From NCBI GenBank assembly GCA_963662665.2, contig CAXXJS010000040.1:96001-160000 (forward strand): 64,000 nt of DNA, in the 5' to 3' direction. The stretch's first letter is position 1. Each line of letters starts with the position of its first letter. The notes beneath the pieces are model-generated. The model did not search any database. It was not told the DNA's origin and was given only the letters and a program-made list of their open reading frames with translations. The stretch comes from Candidatus Latescibacterota bacterium. GTDB taxonomy: Bacteria > Latescibacterota > UBA2968 > GCA-2709665. Made by a program: the position numbers and the translations under genes. Below, piece after piece: positions 50,103 to 61,629 of this stretch.

Positions 50103-51080
50103 ATGTCTGTTCTCATCACCGGCATTTCGGGAAGAATTGGCGCCAACCTCGCCGGAACGCTGGTTAAACAGGGGCATTCCGTCCGCGGCCTCGTCTGGCC
50201 TCGAGACCCCCGCACCGACAAGCTGAACGGGCTGGACGTGGAGCTTGTCTCCGGCAGCCTCACGAATCCCGCAGACGTACAAAAAGCCGTAAAGGGCGTC
50301 GGGGCGGTCTACCATCTTGGCGCGGCATTTCAGGGAGGCGGACCCTTTTCCGAATCCGACTATTTCGAAATCAACGTGCGGGGCACCTTCAGCATGCTCG
50401 AAGCCGCCAGAGCACAGGACCCGCCGCCAAGGTTCATCTACGCGGGCACCGACGCCGTTTACAGCAAGTATATCCCCGGCGGACTGACCGAACCGATCCG
50501 GGAAGACCGAACACCCCGCCGTACCCGAGGATGGTACGCCCTCTCCAAGTCCCTTGGAGAAGAACTCTGTACAGGATACTGGCTCACCTACGGGCTGCCC
50601 GCCGTGGTCCTTCGATTCTGCATGGTCTTTGGCGCTGGCGAAATTCTGGACTTTCCGCAATTTCGACTGAGCGGCTTGAAGGGCCGTCCCGAATTCAAGG
50701 ACCCGGGGCAGGGAACAGAGCGCCTGGTGGTACTCAGGGACGAGAAGGGCAGACCCTACAAAAAACACGTCGCCGACGTGCGGGATATCGTCCAGGGCTG
50801 CCAACTGGCATTGTGCGCCGAGGACGTTTCCGGCGAAACGATTCAGCTCGCCGGTCCCGCGCCATTCGCCTGGGATGAAGCCGTCCCCCATCTTTCGGAA
50901 CGTCTGGGCGTCCCGTATATCGAAACCGTCCTGCAGGGCGAACCCACGTTCTATGAGTTCGACCTGTCCAAAGCCCGGAGGCTCCTGGGTTTCAAACCCG
51001 GGTACACTATCCGTCGGATGATCGATGACGCCCTCGCCTACAGACGAGGGGACGACATCGGCGTCCTGCCAACGGATTGA
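50103..51080 (+). CDS. NAD-dependent epimerase/dehydratase
   Basis: ITGISGRIG, YALSK. Confidence 0.88.
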   Translation: MSVLITGISGRIGANLAGTLVKQGHSVRGLVWPRDPRTDKLNGLDVELVSGSLTNPADVQKAVKGVGAVYHLGAAFQGGGPFSESDYFEINVRGTFSMLEAARAQDPPPRFIYAGTDAVYSKYIPGGLTEPIREDRTPRRTRGWYALSKSLGEELCTGYWLTYGLPAVVLRFCMVFGAGEILDFPQFRLSGLKGRPEFKDPGQGTERLVVLRDEKGRPYKKHVADVRDIVQGCQLALCAEDVSGETIQLAGPAPFAWDEAVPHLSERLGVPYIETVLQGEPTFYEFDLSKARRLLGFKPGYTIRRMIDDALAYRRGDDIGVLPTD

Positions 51081-51136
51081 AGCCACGGGACCCTGCTGAT
51101 ACCAGGACGGCATCCGCCTCGTGGAAAGGGGAAGTC

Positions 51137-51898
51137 ATGCCCTCGGAACGCCCATTCTGGCCCGATGACAAACAGGGAGCCGTTAGTCTGACGTTCGATG
51201 ACGGCCTCGAAACGCAATTGGACCATGCGATACCCTGCCTGGACGACTCTGACCTGAAGGGGACGTTCTACGTCAACCCCGGCCGGTCCAAATCCTGGGA
51301 ATCGCAGGTTCCCCGCTGGCAACAGGCCTGCAGGCACGGGCATGAACTCGGCAATCACACCTCTATGCATCCGTGTTCGTGCAACTTCGGATTTCGTACC
51401 GACGGCTACTGTCTGGAAAACCTGGGACTGGCTGACGTCGAGCGGACCATCGACGAAGCCACGGAAGACCTGAACCGCCTGTTTCCCGAACAACACGGCG
51501 ACCGGACTTTCTGTTATCCCTGCTACCAGACGTACGTGGGGGCCGGCGAACACCGGCAATCCTACGTGCCACTCGTGGCCCGCCGCTTCAAGGCCGCCCG
51601 GGGCTGGGGCGAACGCGCCAACCATCCGAAACGGATCGACCTGGCCTACACCTGGTCGCTGGCCGTAGACGGACACTCGGGAAGAGAGATCGTCGCGTAC
51701 ATCGAGAACGCCGTCAATGACGGCCTGTGGGCCATCATCTGCATGCACGGCATCGGAGGACAGCATCTTTCCATTTCAACGGCTTCATTGAGGGAAGTCG
51801 CTCGTTACCTGAATGGTAACCGAAACCGGATCTGGACCGCCACGATGATCGACGTTGCCGACTACATTATCCGGCATCGTCCCCGGCAGGATGGCTGA
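51137..51898 (+). CDS. Polysaccharide deacetylase family protein
   Basis: SLTFDDG, HELGNHTSMH, FCYP. Confidence 0.88.
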   Translation: MPSERPFWPDDKQGAVSLTFDDGLETQLDHAIPCLDDSDLKGTFYVNPGRSKSWESQVPRWQQACRHGHELGNHTSMHPCSCNFGFRTDGYCLENLGLADVERTIDEATEDLNRLFPEQHGDRTFCYPCYQTYVGAGEHRQSYVPLVARRFKAARGWGERANHPKRIDLAYTWSLAVDGHSGREIVAYIENAVNDGLWAIICMHGIGGQHLSISTASLREVARYLNGNRNRIWTATMIDVADYIIRHRPRQDG

Positions 51899-51957
51899 AG
51901 GGGCTTTTGCCGGGCGGACGTTTCCTGGTCGTAAAACCCGAAACACGAGGATTCACC

Positions 51958-53064
51958 ATGATCGTACAGACGCATCTCATCGGCTGCGCCAAGGCCGATC
52001 TGGACACACCGGCGCTCCTGGTGGATCTGCCCACGCTGGAACGCAATACCGGGAAGATGGCAGAGACCATCATCCGCGACGCGGGCGTCGGGTGGCGGCC
52101 CCACACCAAGGGCATGAAGACCCCCGCGCTCGCCCACAGGCTGCTGGACGCGGGCGCTATAGGGATAACCTGCGCCAAACTCGGCGAGGCCGAAGTCATG
52201 GCCGCAGGCGGCGTTAAAGACATTCTCATTGCCAACCAGATCGTCGGTCACCGAAAGATCGCCCGCCTGGTCAACCTCCGCAGACAGGCCGACGTTATGG
52301 TCTGCGTGGACGACGGAAGCAACGTCCGCCAACTCGACCGCGCCGCCGCTGATAAAGGCGTCCGCATCCGGGTGCTGATTGAAGTCAACGTGGGCATGAA
52401 CCGTGCGGGGGTTGAGCCGGGTGAACCGGTTCTATCGCTCGCGCAGACCATTGCCGGCTGCCCGGGCCTTCAATTCTCAGGTTTGATGACCTGGGAAGCG
52501 CACACCCTCGCCATTGAGGACATTGACGAAAAGCGGCGGCTTATCGCCCAATCCCTGTCCAAACTCACGACCAGCGCGGACCTGTGCCGGCGCAACGGTT
52601 TCCGCGTGGACATCGTCAGTTGCGGCGGCACCGGAACCTATTGGATCAGCGCATTCCATCCGGGCATCACCGAGATCGAAGCCGGCGGCGGCATCTTTGG
52701 CGATATCCGGTACCGCACCGTTTTCGGCGTTGAACACGAATACGCCCTGACGGTCCTTTCCACGGTTACCAGCCGCCCCACGCCCACCCGCATCATCTGC
52801 GACGCAGGGAAGAAGACCATGAGCTGCGACGCCGCCGTTCCGGAGCCGATCGGCATCCCCAACGTCACATTGGTGGCCCTGTCGGCCGAACACGGCAAGA
52901 TTGAACTGGGCGCGCCCGCGGAGACGCCGCGGGTTGGCGAGACCATTGAATTCGTGGCCGGCTACTCGGACACGACGGTTGTGCTTCACGACGAACTCTA
53001 CGGAATCCGCGACAACGTCGTTGAAGCCGTCTGGCCGCTCCCGGCTCGCGGTCGCCTGCAATGA
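51958..53064 (+). CDS. DSD1 / D-threonine aldolase family PLP enzyme
   Basis: DTPALLVD, RPHTK, GGTGT, DAGKK, SAEHG. Confidence 0.88.
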   Translation: MIVQTHLIGCAKADLDTPALLVDLPTLERNTGKMAETIIRDAGVGWRPHTKGMKTPALAHRLLDAGAIGITCAKLGEAEVMAAGGVKDILIANQIVGHRKIARLVNLRRQADVMVCVDDGSNVRQLDRAAADKGVRIRVLIEVNVGMNRAGVEPGEPVLSLAQTIAGCPGLQFSGLMTWEAHTLAIEDIDEKRRLIAQSLSKLTTSADLCRRNGFRVDIVSCGGTGTYWISAFHPGITEIEAGGGIFGDIRYRTVFGVEHEYALTVLSTVTSRPTPTRIICDAGKKTMSCDAAVPEPIGIPNVTLVALSAEHGKIELGAPAETPRVGETIEFVAGYSDTTVVLHDELYGIRDNVVEAVWPLPARGRLQ

Positions 53065-53275
53065 CAACGCCCGTTTGGCAATCCTTGATCGCGATGCATG
53101 CAACCGTATTGCGCGGTCGACGGCTTTGGCGAAAAGACGCCGGATCCGGTTGGCCGAAGGTCCTGTGATTCCCGAATTCTCAGCCGGCCGGCGCCGACGA
53201 GCGGGGACGGCGACCTGTCGATCGTATCCTTCTCGCCCGACGTTGTAAATGCCTCTGAAAACACCCAATTTTGTA

Positions 53276-53304
53276 TTGACGATTTCCCCATGGATCATTA
53301 TAAT
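53276..53304 (+). promoter_or_regulatory. Sigma70-type promoter for the frd operon
   Basis: TTGACG-N17-TATAAT about 55 bp upstream of frdA. Confidence 0.75.
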
Positions 53305-53359
53305 AAGTGCTCTTTGCGAAGGAACCGAACGCGATCATCCGGGCTTCAAGGGGTATTAA

Positions 53360-55069
53360 ATGGACATACCGATTCACGACGTGTTACTTGTAGGGGGCGG
53401 CGCCGCGGGCTTGCGCGCCGCTATCGCGGCGGCTGAAGCCAATTCCGATCTGGACGTTGCCGTTGTCTCCAAAGTCTACCCCATGCGCAGCCACACCGTC
53501 TCGGCCGAGGGTGGGGCGGCGGCCGTCATGCGCGAATACGACAATCTGGATCTACACTCCTTCGACACAATCAGAGGCAGCGATTACCTGGCCGACCAGG
53601 ACGTCGTGGAAGCCTTTGTAAAGGAAGCGCAGGACGAAGCCATACTACTGGAACACTGGGGCTGCCCGTGGAGTCGGGATGCGGACGGCCGCGTCAGCGT
53701 GCGGGCTTTCGGCGGCATGAGCGTAAAGCGCACGCTTTACGCGGCCGACAAGACCGGCTTCCACATGTTGCACGCCCTGTTTCAGACTTCCCTGAAATAC
53801 AACGCGGTTAAACGGTACGACGAGTGGTTTGTCAGCTCCCTTCTGGTAGACGACGGAAGGGTCTGCGGCGTAGCCGCGCTTGACATGCGCTCGGGCGCCA
53901 TCCACGCCATTGGCGCGAAATCCGTAATCATCTGCACCGGTGGAGGCGGCAAGATCTTCCCGTTTACCACCAACGCCTCAATCAAAAACGGCGACGGCAT
54001 GGCCCTGGCCTACCGCATCGGGTGCCCGTTGAAAGACATGGAGTTCGTCCAGTACCATCCCACCGGCCTGCCCGGAACGGGTATCCTGATGACGGAAGCC
54101 TCACGAGGGGAAGGCGGCTATCTGATCAATAACAAGGGTGAGCGCTACCTGAGCGAATACATCCCCGGAAAAATGGAACTGGGCCCGCGCGATATCCTGT
54201 CCCGGGCCTTTGTGTACGAAATGCGCGAGGGCCGGGCCTTCGAGGGTCCCTACGGCAACTACGTCCAACTGGACCTGAGACACCTGGGCGAAAAAGTGAT
54301 AGACGAAAAGCTGCCTTTTGTCCGGGAACTCACCAGGAACTACGTTGGGATCGATCCCGTCCTGGAGCCGATCCCCGTCCGTCCCGTCGTCCACTACATG
54401 ATGGGCGGCGTCCATACGGATATAGACGGCGCAACGCCCATTCCCGGCCTTTACGCTGCCGGCGAAGCGGCATGCGTCAGCCTCAATGGCGCCAACAGGC
54501 TTGGCTCCAATTCCCTGACCGAATGCCTGGTGTTCGGAGCGCGTGCGGGTAAAGTCGCCGCGGAATATGCCGGACGAACGGAGGCTGCCGGGCAAGACAC
54601 GCTCGAGAACCTCACCCGTGACGAGCGCCGGCGCATCCAACGGGACTACCTGCAGCCTCGCAACGGCAAGGAGCGGGTGGCGAACATCCGTACCGAAATG
54701 CAGCAGGCGATGGAACGGGGCGCCGGAATCTTCCGCGATGAAGAAACATTGAGAGAAACCTGCGAAGCCCTGAAGCAACTCCAGGAGCGCTTCCGAAACG
54801 TGGGCCTGGATGACACGTCACGTGTGTTCAACACCGAACTCACGGCGGCGCTGGAACTGGGATTCATGCTGGACGCGGCGGAAGCGCTCGCACACGCCGC
54901 CCTGCAGCGCAGGGAGTCCAGGGGATCTCATTCCCGCTCGGACTTCGAGACCCGAAACGATGAGGAATATCTGACCCACTCGTTGACCTACAGGACGGAA
55001 GCCGGTCCGCACACCGACTACCTTCCCGTAACGATCACCCGCTGGCAGCCCGAAGAACGCAAATACTGA
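53360..55069 (+). CDS. frdA: Fumarate reductase / succinate dehydrogenase flavoprotein subunit
   Basis: [37 protein letters not shown]. Confidence 0.88.
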   Translation: MDIPIHDVLLVGGGAAGLRAAIAAAEANSDLDVAVVSKVYPMRSHTVSAEGGAAAVMREYDNLDLHSFDTIRGSDYLADQDVVEAFVKEAQDEAILLEHWGCPWSRDADGRVSVRAFGGMSVKRTLYAADKTGFHMLHALFQTSLKYNAVKRYDEWFVSSLLVDDGRVCGVAALDMRSGAIHAIGAKSVIICTGGGGKIFPFTTNASIKNGDGMALAYRIGCPLKDMEFVQYHPTGLPGTGILMTEASRGEGGYLINNKGERYLSEYIPGKMELGPRDILSRAFVYEMREGRAFEGPYGNYVQLDLRHLGEKVIDEKLPFVRELTRNYVGIDPVLEPIPVRPVVHYMMGGVHTDIDGATPIPGLYAAGEAACVSLNGANRLGSNSLTECLVFGARAGKVAAEYAGRTEAAGQDTLENLTRDERRRIQRDYLQPRNGKERVANIRTEMQQAMERGAGIFRDEETLRETCEALKQLQERFRNVGLDDTSRVFNTELTAALELGFMLDAAEALAHAALQRRESRGSHSRSDFETRNDEEYLTHSLTYRTEAGPHTDYLPVTITRWQPEERKY

Positions 55070-55132
55070 AACCGGGATTCAAGCGCGCAAGATCCGACAC
55101 CCCGGTTCCGAATCCTCCGCAAGGGGAATTTC

Positions 55133-55882
55133 ATGAGTAATGGCAAGAAGATCACCGTAACCGTTACCCGCTACCGTCCCGAACAGGAAGAAGAGCCCCT
55201 CGAACAGTCTTACGAAGTCGATTTTCAAGACGACTGGGTGGTGCTGGATGCGCTCAATCACATAAAGGACCATATCGACGGATCGCTCTCCTTTCGCTGG
55301 TCATGCCGGATGGGCGTCTGCGGAAGTTGCGGCATGATGGTCAACGGTGAGCCAAAACTCTCGTGCGCCGCCTTTCTGCGCGACTATTACCCGGGCGAGG
55401 TCCGGGTGGAACCATTGCACAACTTCCCGATCGTACGAGACCTGATTATCGACATGTCCGATTTCATGGATAAACTCAAGGCGGTGCAGCCCTGGATCAT
55501 CCGGGACGAGGAAAAGCCCGTATCGGAAGGGGAATACCTGCAGACACCCGAAGAACTCAAGGAATACAAGCAGTTCAGTATGTGCATCAATTGTATGCTT
55601 TGCTATGCCGCCTGTCCCGTATACGGGCTTGAGACCGAGTTCATCGGCCCCGCCGCCATCGCCCTGGGCCATCGGTACAATCTGGACTCGCGGGACGAAG
55701 GACAGGAGCGGCGTCAACACGTGATTGCAAGCAGCGAAGGTATCTGGGAATGCACCTATATTGGCGAGTGCTCCGTGGTCTGTCCCAAAGACGTGGACCC
55801 CGCAGCCGCGATCCAGCGGAATAAGGTGGCCACAACGGGCGGCTGGGTCAAATCAATACTCCTGCCCTGGGGGAAGAAGTGA
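55133..55882 (+). CDS. frdB: Fumarate reductase iron-sulfur subunit
   Basis: [35 protein letters not shown]. Confidence 0.88.
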   Translation: MSNGKKITVTVTRYRPEQEEEPLEQSYEVDFQDDWVVLDALNHIKDHIDGSLSFRWSCRMGVCGSCGMMVNGEPKLSCAAFLRDYYPGEVRVEPLHNFPIVRDLIIDMSDFMDKLKAVQPWIIRDEEKPVSEGEYLQTPEELKEYKQFSMCINCMLCYAACPVYGLETEFIGPAAIALGHRYNLDSRDEGQERRQHVIASSEGIWECTYIGECSVVCPKDVDPAAAIQRNKVATTGGWVKSILLPWGKK

Positions 55883-55883
55883 G

Positions 55884-56288
55884 ATGACGTCCGAACACGA
55901 ACACAAGGCCTATGTACGTCGTGTACCCATCACCTGGTGGCTGCATAACCGCCGGTACTTCCTGTTCATGATCAGGGAATCGACCAGTGTGTTCATCGCC
56001 CTGTTTGTTCTGGTATACCTGTACCAGCTTTTCCTGATCTCCAAAGGCGCGGAAGTTCACGATCCGTTTCAGGAATCGCTCCGGTCCGTACCATTTGTCG
56101 TGTGTTATGCCATCGTTTTTCTGTTCGCGCTTTACCACAGCATCACATGGCTGGGCCTGGTATCCAAAATCCAGATCATCCGGATCGGCCGTCTCACGGT
56201 ACCGCCCTTTCTGGTGGGACTGGGCGCCTACATTTCCTGGATCGTCGCGTCGGCCGTCGTCGCCTGCCTGTTTCTGGCTTTGAAGTAG
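55884..56288 (+). CDS. frdC: Fumarate reductase membrane anchor subunit C
   Basis: AYVRRVPITWW...YFLFMIRE...YHSITW. Confidence 0.85.
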   Translation: MTSEHEHKAYVRRVPITWWLHNRRYFLFMIRESTSVFIALFVLVYLYQLFLISKGAEVHDPFQESLRSVPFVVCYAIVFLFALYHSITWLGLVSKIQIIRIGRLTVPPFLVGLGAYISWIVASAVVACLFLALK

Positions 56289-56297
56289 GGGGAATCC

Positions 56298-56654
56298 GTG
56301 TACAAGGAAGACAGAACCGAACCCTTCTGGTGGGGCATGTTCTCGCTGGGCGGCGTGGTTGCCGCACTGCTGATTCCCGTCCACGTCTTTTTCATCGGGC
56401 TGGCCGTGCCGCTCGGCCTGATCGACAAGAGCCTGCTCGAATACAGCCGGATGAAATCCCTGCTTGCGAATCCGCTCGTTAAAGTCTACCTGTTTGTTCT
56501 CATTGTCCCTCCGCTTTTTCACGCCGCCCACCGCATTCGTTTCTCGCTACACGAAATGGGCATCCGGAAATTGTTGTTTTCGCTGGATATCCTCTGCTAC
56601 GGCGGCGCCCTCCTCGGTACGGTGGTTGCACTCTACGTTCTATGGGTTATCTGA
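56298..56654 (+). CDS. frdD: Fumarate reductase membrane anchor subunit D
   Basis: EPFWWGMFSLGG...HAAHRI. Confidence 0.85.
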   Translation: MYKEDRTEPFWWGMFSLGGVVAALLIPVHVFFIGLAVPLGLIDKSLLEYSRMKSLLANPLVKVYLFVLIVPPLFHAAHRIRFSLHEMGIRKLLFSLDILCYGGALLGTVVALYVLWVI

Positions 56655-56723
56655 AGCGCGGCTTGAATACGGCCTGAACTCACGGGCCGGGTAATCCGTA
56701 CGCTTCGAATATCGGGATCGCCT

Positions 56724-58046
56724 ATGAAACCGGCATCGTTCAACCCTTCATCTGCCGCCGTATGGAAGGTGCTGCTTTGGTGCAGCGTCCTTACAGTTCT
56801 GTCGCCAACTACCCGGGCGGAGGGCAACGCTCCGGAAAGTGTCTACCTGCAAGTGCGCCCTTCCGTTGTCGTCTTCGACGTCGAGAGAAGAGACGGTTCA
56901 AGAGTACGGGGAATGGGCTTTCTGGCCATCGACAACCGGATTGCGGTTACAACCTGGAAACTCGTCGAAGACGCCATTCATGTTGTCGCCAGATTCGAAT
57001 CCGGCGAGGAGTTCGGAGTTTCGGGCATTATCGACAAGGACGAGAAACGAAACGTTGCGCTGGTTAGAATCAAGGTCTTCGGCAGGCCGCTGCTTGAACT
57101 GAACGCACAGGATCCGGCCGAAGGCAAAGAGGCCTATATCGTGGAGTCGGTGGAGGGGGAAGCATTTCGCCTCGTCGGCGGCCGGATGAGTCCGGCCGAA
57201 ATGGTCGACGGGGTGCGTGTCTATCCCCTTCGTGGGGCGCTGTCCGTTGGCAGCCACGGAGGACCGCTGGTCGACGAATCCGGTCGCGTTACAGGCATCG
57301 TATCGGTTCAATCGCACAAGGGTGGGGTTTCAGGCCGTGCCATCTCGTCGGTATATGCCCTTGGCCTGGATCATACGTTGCCTACACGGCCCTGGAAGGA
57401 TGCCGCCGCGCGCCCGGCCCGTCCCGAATCGCCTGAGCCGGAGCCCGCCACCGCGCCGGAACTGGACCCCAGCGCCATCAGGTTCCACTTTTACCGGGCC
57501 GACGAACAGCGTTTCAGCGACGTCAACCGCAATCTTTGGACGGAATCCATCCTCTGGTGGGCGGGCAAGATCCGGGAAAAATGCGTTGGCAACCCACCCG
57601 TTGTCAACGCCGAAGACATGGGCGTTGACGTCGTTGCGATTCCAGCTACCAAAGCCCGATTCACAACCCGGACGACGGGATGGGCATCCTGGGTTCTGGG
57701 TAAGACCAGATTGAAGGAATTCATCGGCAAGACCCCGCGTACCCGGGACTTTCACATCGGGGTTTTCAAGGAAGTCAGGTACAGGCCTTCACCGGAGGAG
57801 GATTCATTCCCGGTTGCCGGGGTGCACGTCCCACCCAACGTCCTCGCGCTGTACTTCAAAGCCACCCGGATCGAGGAAGACGAGCGGGCTCACTTTATAG
57901 GCTATCTCTTTGGCCTGGACGGCAGCGACGGCGGGGTCATGTCCTCAAGATATCCCCGCGGCCCCGGCTCTCCTCCAACCTACGGCAACATGACCGAGTG
58001 GCCGGCCCACTGGTGCGGGAAAATCACGGAATATCTGAATCAATAA
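56724..58046 (+). CDS. Secreted trypsin-like-fold protein with degenerate catalytic residues
   Basis: Signal peptide; PSVV, GMGF, GSHGGPLVDESGRVTGI; Pro-rich linker. Confidence 0.7.
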   Translation: MKPASFNPSSAAVWKVLLWCSVLTVLSPTTRAEGNAPESVYLQVRPSVVVFDVERRDGSRVRGMGFLAIDNRIAVTTWKLVEDAIHVVARFESGEEFGVSGIIDKDEKRNVALVRIKVFGRPLLELNAQDPAEGKEAYIVESVEGEAFRLVGGRMSPAEMVDGVRVYPLRGALSVGSHGGPLVDESGRVTGIVSVQSHKGGVSGRAISSVYALGLDHTLPTRPWKDAAARPARPESPEPEPATAPELDPSAIRFHFYRADEQRFSDVNRNLWTESILWWAGKIREKCVGNPPVVNAEDMGVDVVAIPATKARFTTRTTGWASWVLGKTRLKEFIGKTPRTRDFHIGVFKEVRYRPSPEEDSFPVAGVHVPPNVLALYFKATRIEEDERAHFIGYLFGLDGSDGGVMSSRYPRGPGSPPTYGNMTEWPAHWCGKITEYLNQ

Positions 58047-58066
58047 TCCGGTCATCGAAGAAGAAA

Positions 58067-58101
58067 CGAAAGGCCCGGCAGACTTCCTGCCGGGCCTTTC
58101 G
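58067..58101. terminator. Hairpin between convergent genes, probably a bidirectional terminator
   Basis: CGAAAGGCCCGGCAG-acttc-CTGCCGGGCCTTTCG perfect 15-bp stem. Confidence 0.8.
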
Positions 58102-58161
58102 CATATACTCAAACTGCCATTCAATTGCGATTGGTAACGTGGACACCGCACCCGGTCGCCG

Positions 58162-59556
58162 TTACCCGCCCGGCCCCGTCATCTTCTCCGGCCGGACCGC
58201 GGCATCGAACGTCTCCCCATCCATCAGTCCCAGCGCCGCCGCCGATTCCCGAAGCGTCAGATTTTCGTCGAACGCATTCTTGGCCACCCTTGCCGCGTTG
58301 TCGTATCCAATCTGAGGATTCAGCGCCGTGACAAGCATGAGGGATCGCTCCAGGTGATTCCGGATATTCTCCCGGTTCGGTTCAATACCCACCGCGCAGT
58401 GATCGTTGAACGCCTCGCAGGCATCGGCCAACAACCGGACGGACTGCAGCAGATTGTAAACGATCAGCGGCTTGAACACGTTCAGTTCGAAATTCCCCGA
58501 TGAACCGCCCACTGCAATCGCCGTATCGTTCCCGATCACCTGCGCGGCCACCATGGTCATCGCTTCGCACTGGGTTGGGTTCACCTTGCCGGGCATTATT
58601 GAACTTCCCGGCTCGTTGGCCGGGAGCGTCAACTCGCCGATGCCACAGCGCGGCCCCGAAGCCAGCCAACGGGCGTCGTTGGCTATTTTCATCAGCGAGC
58701 ACGCCAACGTTTTCAGAGCGCCACTGGATTCCACCATTGCGTCGTGGGCCGCCAGTGACTCGAACTTGTTGGCGGCCGAAACAAACGGATGGCCGGCCAG
58801 TTCAGCAATCCGTTCGGCGGCCCGATCAGCGAATTCCGGATGTGTATTCAACCCGGTACCAACCGCGGTGCCGCCAAGCGCGAGTTCATTGAGATTCGAA
58901 AGGCATCGCTCAACACGCTCAAGGCCCTTCGTCAATTGGGTCACGTACCCCGAAAACTCCTGGCTGAGCGTCAGTGGAACGGCATCCATCAGATGGGTGC
59001 GACCAATCTTGATGATACCCTCAAAATCGTCCGCTTTTGCGGCCAGCGTATCCCGCAGCTTACCGACCATTGGAATCAGACGCCTGTGGATCTCACTAAC
59101 TGCCGCAATATGCATTGCCGCCGGAAACGTGTCGTTTGAAGACTGCGCCATATTGACATCGTCGTTCGGGTGAATCGGATCTTTGCCGCCCATCCGTCCG
59201 CCGGCAATCTGAATGGCCCTGTTGGATATCACTTCGTTGGCGTTCATATTCGTCTGCGTGCCGCTTCCCGTCTGCCAGATACTCAGAGGAAAATGATCGT
59301 CCAGCTCGCCGGCGATGACTTCATCGGCCGCCTGCACGATAAGATCGGCCTTCTCCGACGAGAGCTTTCCCAGTTCCCGATTCACGAGCGCGGCCGCCTT
59401 TTTCAGAATGCCAAACGCTCTGATCAACTCCCGGGGCATGCGTTCTTCGCCAATATCAAAATGAATCAGCGCCCGGGCCGTCTGGGCGCCGTAGTACCGG
59501 TCGTCCGGAACCTGGATTTCGCCCATCGTGTCCGATTCAATCCTGAATCCCTCCAT
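58162..59556 (-). CDS. fumC: Class II fumarate hydratase
   Basis: [33 protein letters not shown]. Confidence 0.95.
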   Translation of the reverse strand: MEGFRIESDTMGEIQVPDDRYYGAQTARALIHFDIGEERMPRELIRAFGILKKAAALVNRELGKLSSEKADLIVQAADEVIAGELDDHFPLSIWQTGSGTQTNMNANEVISNRAIQIAGGRMGGKDPIHPNDDVNMAQSSNDTFPAAMHIAAVSEIHRRLIPMVGKLRDTLAAKADDFEGIIKIGRTHLMDAVPLTLSQEFSGYVTQLTKGLERVERCLSNLNELALGGTAVGTGLNTHPEFADRAAERIAELAGHPFVSAANKFESLAAHDAMVESSGALKTLACSLMKIANDARWLASGPRCGIGELTLPANEPGSSIMPGKVNPTQCEAMTMVAAQVIGNDTAIAVGGSSGNFELNVFKPLIVYNLLQSVRLLADACEAFNDHCAVGIEPNRENIRNHLERSLMLVTALNPQIGYDNAARVAKNAFDENLTLRESAAALGLMDGETFDAAVRPEKMTGPGG

Positions 59557-59861
59557 ACTCTCTTTCTCCTCTGAAAAAACGCGTCAATGCAAGTTCGAAG
59601 GTTTCCTGACAACTCAAGATACAAAAACAAAACACCCCCGGCAACCACATCCGGCAATTTGAAGGTTGTCGTCGAAAAATATTATGGTGTATATTATTAT
59701 CTTGCTTTTAAAATTAATCCTTCTTATCTTTAAGACTTCCTTGACCGCTGCATCGCGCAGGATACTCGACACCGCAAGTTCATTTCTGTCAGCCTTTCGT
59801 TCCGAACACTGCTTCAGCGGGAGAAAACGCTCGATAGATATTTTCCGAAGGAGGCACTCGC

Positions 59862-60764
59862 GTGTTGATCCAGAGCCTGAAAATTTTCTGTGACCTCATC
59901 GATACCCAGAGTTTTTCAAAGACGGCCGTCCTGAATGGCGTTACGCAGTCGGCCGTGAGCCAGCAAATCAAGAGTATTGAACATCGCCAGGGCAAACCGC
60001 TGCTTGAGCGCCACAAGCGCAAGATCGGCCTTACCAAGGAGGGAGAGGTATTCTACAAGGGCGCCGGCGATATTGTAAAGCGCTACGACGAGATGTTACA
60101 GCGCGTCGCGGCTCTGGACGGCGTCGTTTCAGGCACCGTACGTCTTTCGTCCATTTACAGTGTGGGCATGCGTGAACTCGGACCGTACCTCAAGACGTTT
60201 CTCAAAGCCTATCCCAGGGTCAATTTCCGGCTGGACTACAACCACACACCCCGGATCTACGACGACGTCGCCAGCGGCGAAATCGACTTCGGCGTGGTCG
60301 CATTTCCCAGACCCCACCGCAACACAAAGATTATTCCTTTCTCCGAAGACAATATGGTCGTGGCCTGTCCGCCCATGCATCCGCTCGCGGCCCGAAATCA
60401 CATGGCGGTCAACGATATCGGCAGTCATCCGCTGATCCTCTTCTCCCAGGAGACCCACACCCGCCACGCACTCGACCAATTCTTCCGAAAACATCGCATC
60501 CAACCCAACATTGTGATGGAATTCGACCATATCGATACCATCAAAGATGCCGTCGAAGTGGACCTCGGCATCTCGATCCTTCCCGAACACTCGGTTGATC
60601 TGGAACACAAGGAAGGCAGCTTGAAAGTACTGACCATCAAGGACGACGTCCTCACCAGACCGCTTGGCATCCTGCACAAACGCGGTCGCAGCCTTTCGGT
60701 GGCCGCCCGGAAACTCCTCGACGTACTCACAAACGGGAAAGCTCCGGCCGGCGAGCCATCGTAG
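59862..60764 (+). CDS. LysR family transcriptional regulator
   Basis: SFSKTA...TQSAVSQQIKSIE HTH; divergent from fumC. Confidence 0.92.
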   Translation: MLIQSLKIFCDLIDTQSFSKTAVLNGVTQSAVSQQIKSIEHRQGKPLLERHKRKIGLTKEGEVFYKGAGDIVKRYDEMLQRVAALDGVVSGTVRLSSIYSVGMRELGPYLKTFLKAYPRVNFRLDYNHTPRIYDDVASGEIDFGVVAFPRPHRNTKIIPFSEDNMVVACPPMHPLAARNHMAVNDIGSHPLILFSQETHTRHALDQFFRKHRIQPNIVMEFDHIDTIKDAVEVDLGISILPEHSVDLEHKEGSLKVLTIKDDVLTRPLGILHKRGRSLSVAARKLLDVLTNGKAPAGEPS

Positions 60765-60905
60765 TCGCCCAACGCCGGAAACGCGCCGTCGATTGGCGGG
60801 AAGACGTCAAACGCGCCTGGACGATCGGGCCGATTACAGATCTTCCATCCCGAAAAAGACGACCGGACGCGGCTGTACCGCCGGATCGAAGGAGGTTCCG
60901 AACCG

Positions 60906-61610
60906 TCATTTTCTCTGGCTATTGCCGGCGGCCATCTCCTGCACCAGAAACCGAAGAAAACGGACACCCGTGCGGAATGAAGGCGCCTTCGATTCCCCAC
61001 CCACCCGGTTTCCCTCCCAGGTTGGAATTTCCTCGATTCGCATCCGTTGTTTCATCGCCCGGATCGTCATCTCGTACTCGATTGTATACCCCGTCGATCC
61101 GGGATCGAGCTTCAGAAATGCGCCTCGCGTGATTCCTCGAAATCCGTTGATTGTATCCGTCACGTACGATCCCCGGTTCCAGACCTGATTGGCGATCCAC
61201 GTAAACACCTGGTTCGTCCACTTTCTAAGCGGCAGAGAATCGTCGTCCTCTTCGTTCCGGGATGCCGTGAGGAAACGGGACGCAATCGCCATGTCGGCGC
61301 CGTCGTCGATGGCAGCGAAGAGCCGGGGAATATCGTTCGGATCTTCATTTCCGTCCGGGCTGAAGAAAACAAGGTCCTCTCCGCGCGATGCCCGGACCGC
61401 TGTGCGAAACGCCTCGCCACGTCCCGGTCGCTCCTGGCTTACCAACCGGATGTGATGCGATGCCAGGACGTCCCTCGTGCCGTCCGTTGACCCGCCGTCC
61501 ACGGCGAGCACTTCATCGGCCATCCCGGACAGATCCACACCGGTTGAGAACAGCCAGCGAACGCCCTCGACCTCGTTAAGCGTCAGCAGAACGATAGTGC
61601 GTGTGCCCAT
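60906..61610 (-). CDS. Family 2 glycosyltransferase
   Basis: LNE, VDGGSTDGT, PDG, ASRF. Confidence 0.88.
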   Translation of the reverse strand: MGTRTIVLLTLNEVEGVRWLFSTGVDLSGMADEVLAVDGGSTDGTRDVLASHHIRLVSQERPGRGEAFRTAVRASRGEDLVFFSPDGNEDPNDIPRLFAAIDDGADMAIASRFLTASRNEEDDDSLPLRKWTNQVFTWIANQVWNRGSYVTDTINGFRGITRGAFLKLDPGSTGYTIEYEMTIRAMKQRMRIEEIPTWEGNRVGGESKAPSFRTGVRFLRFLVQEMAAGNSQRK

Positions 61611-61629
61611 AGGATACCCTGAACCCGGA

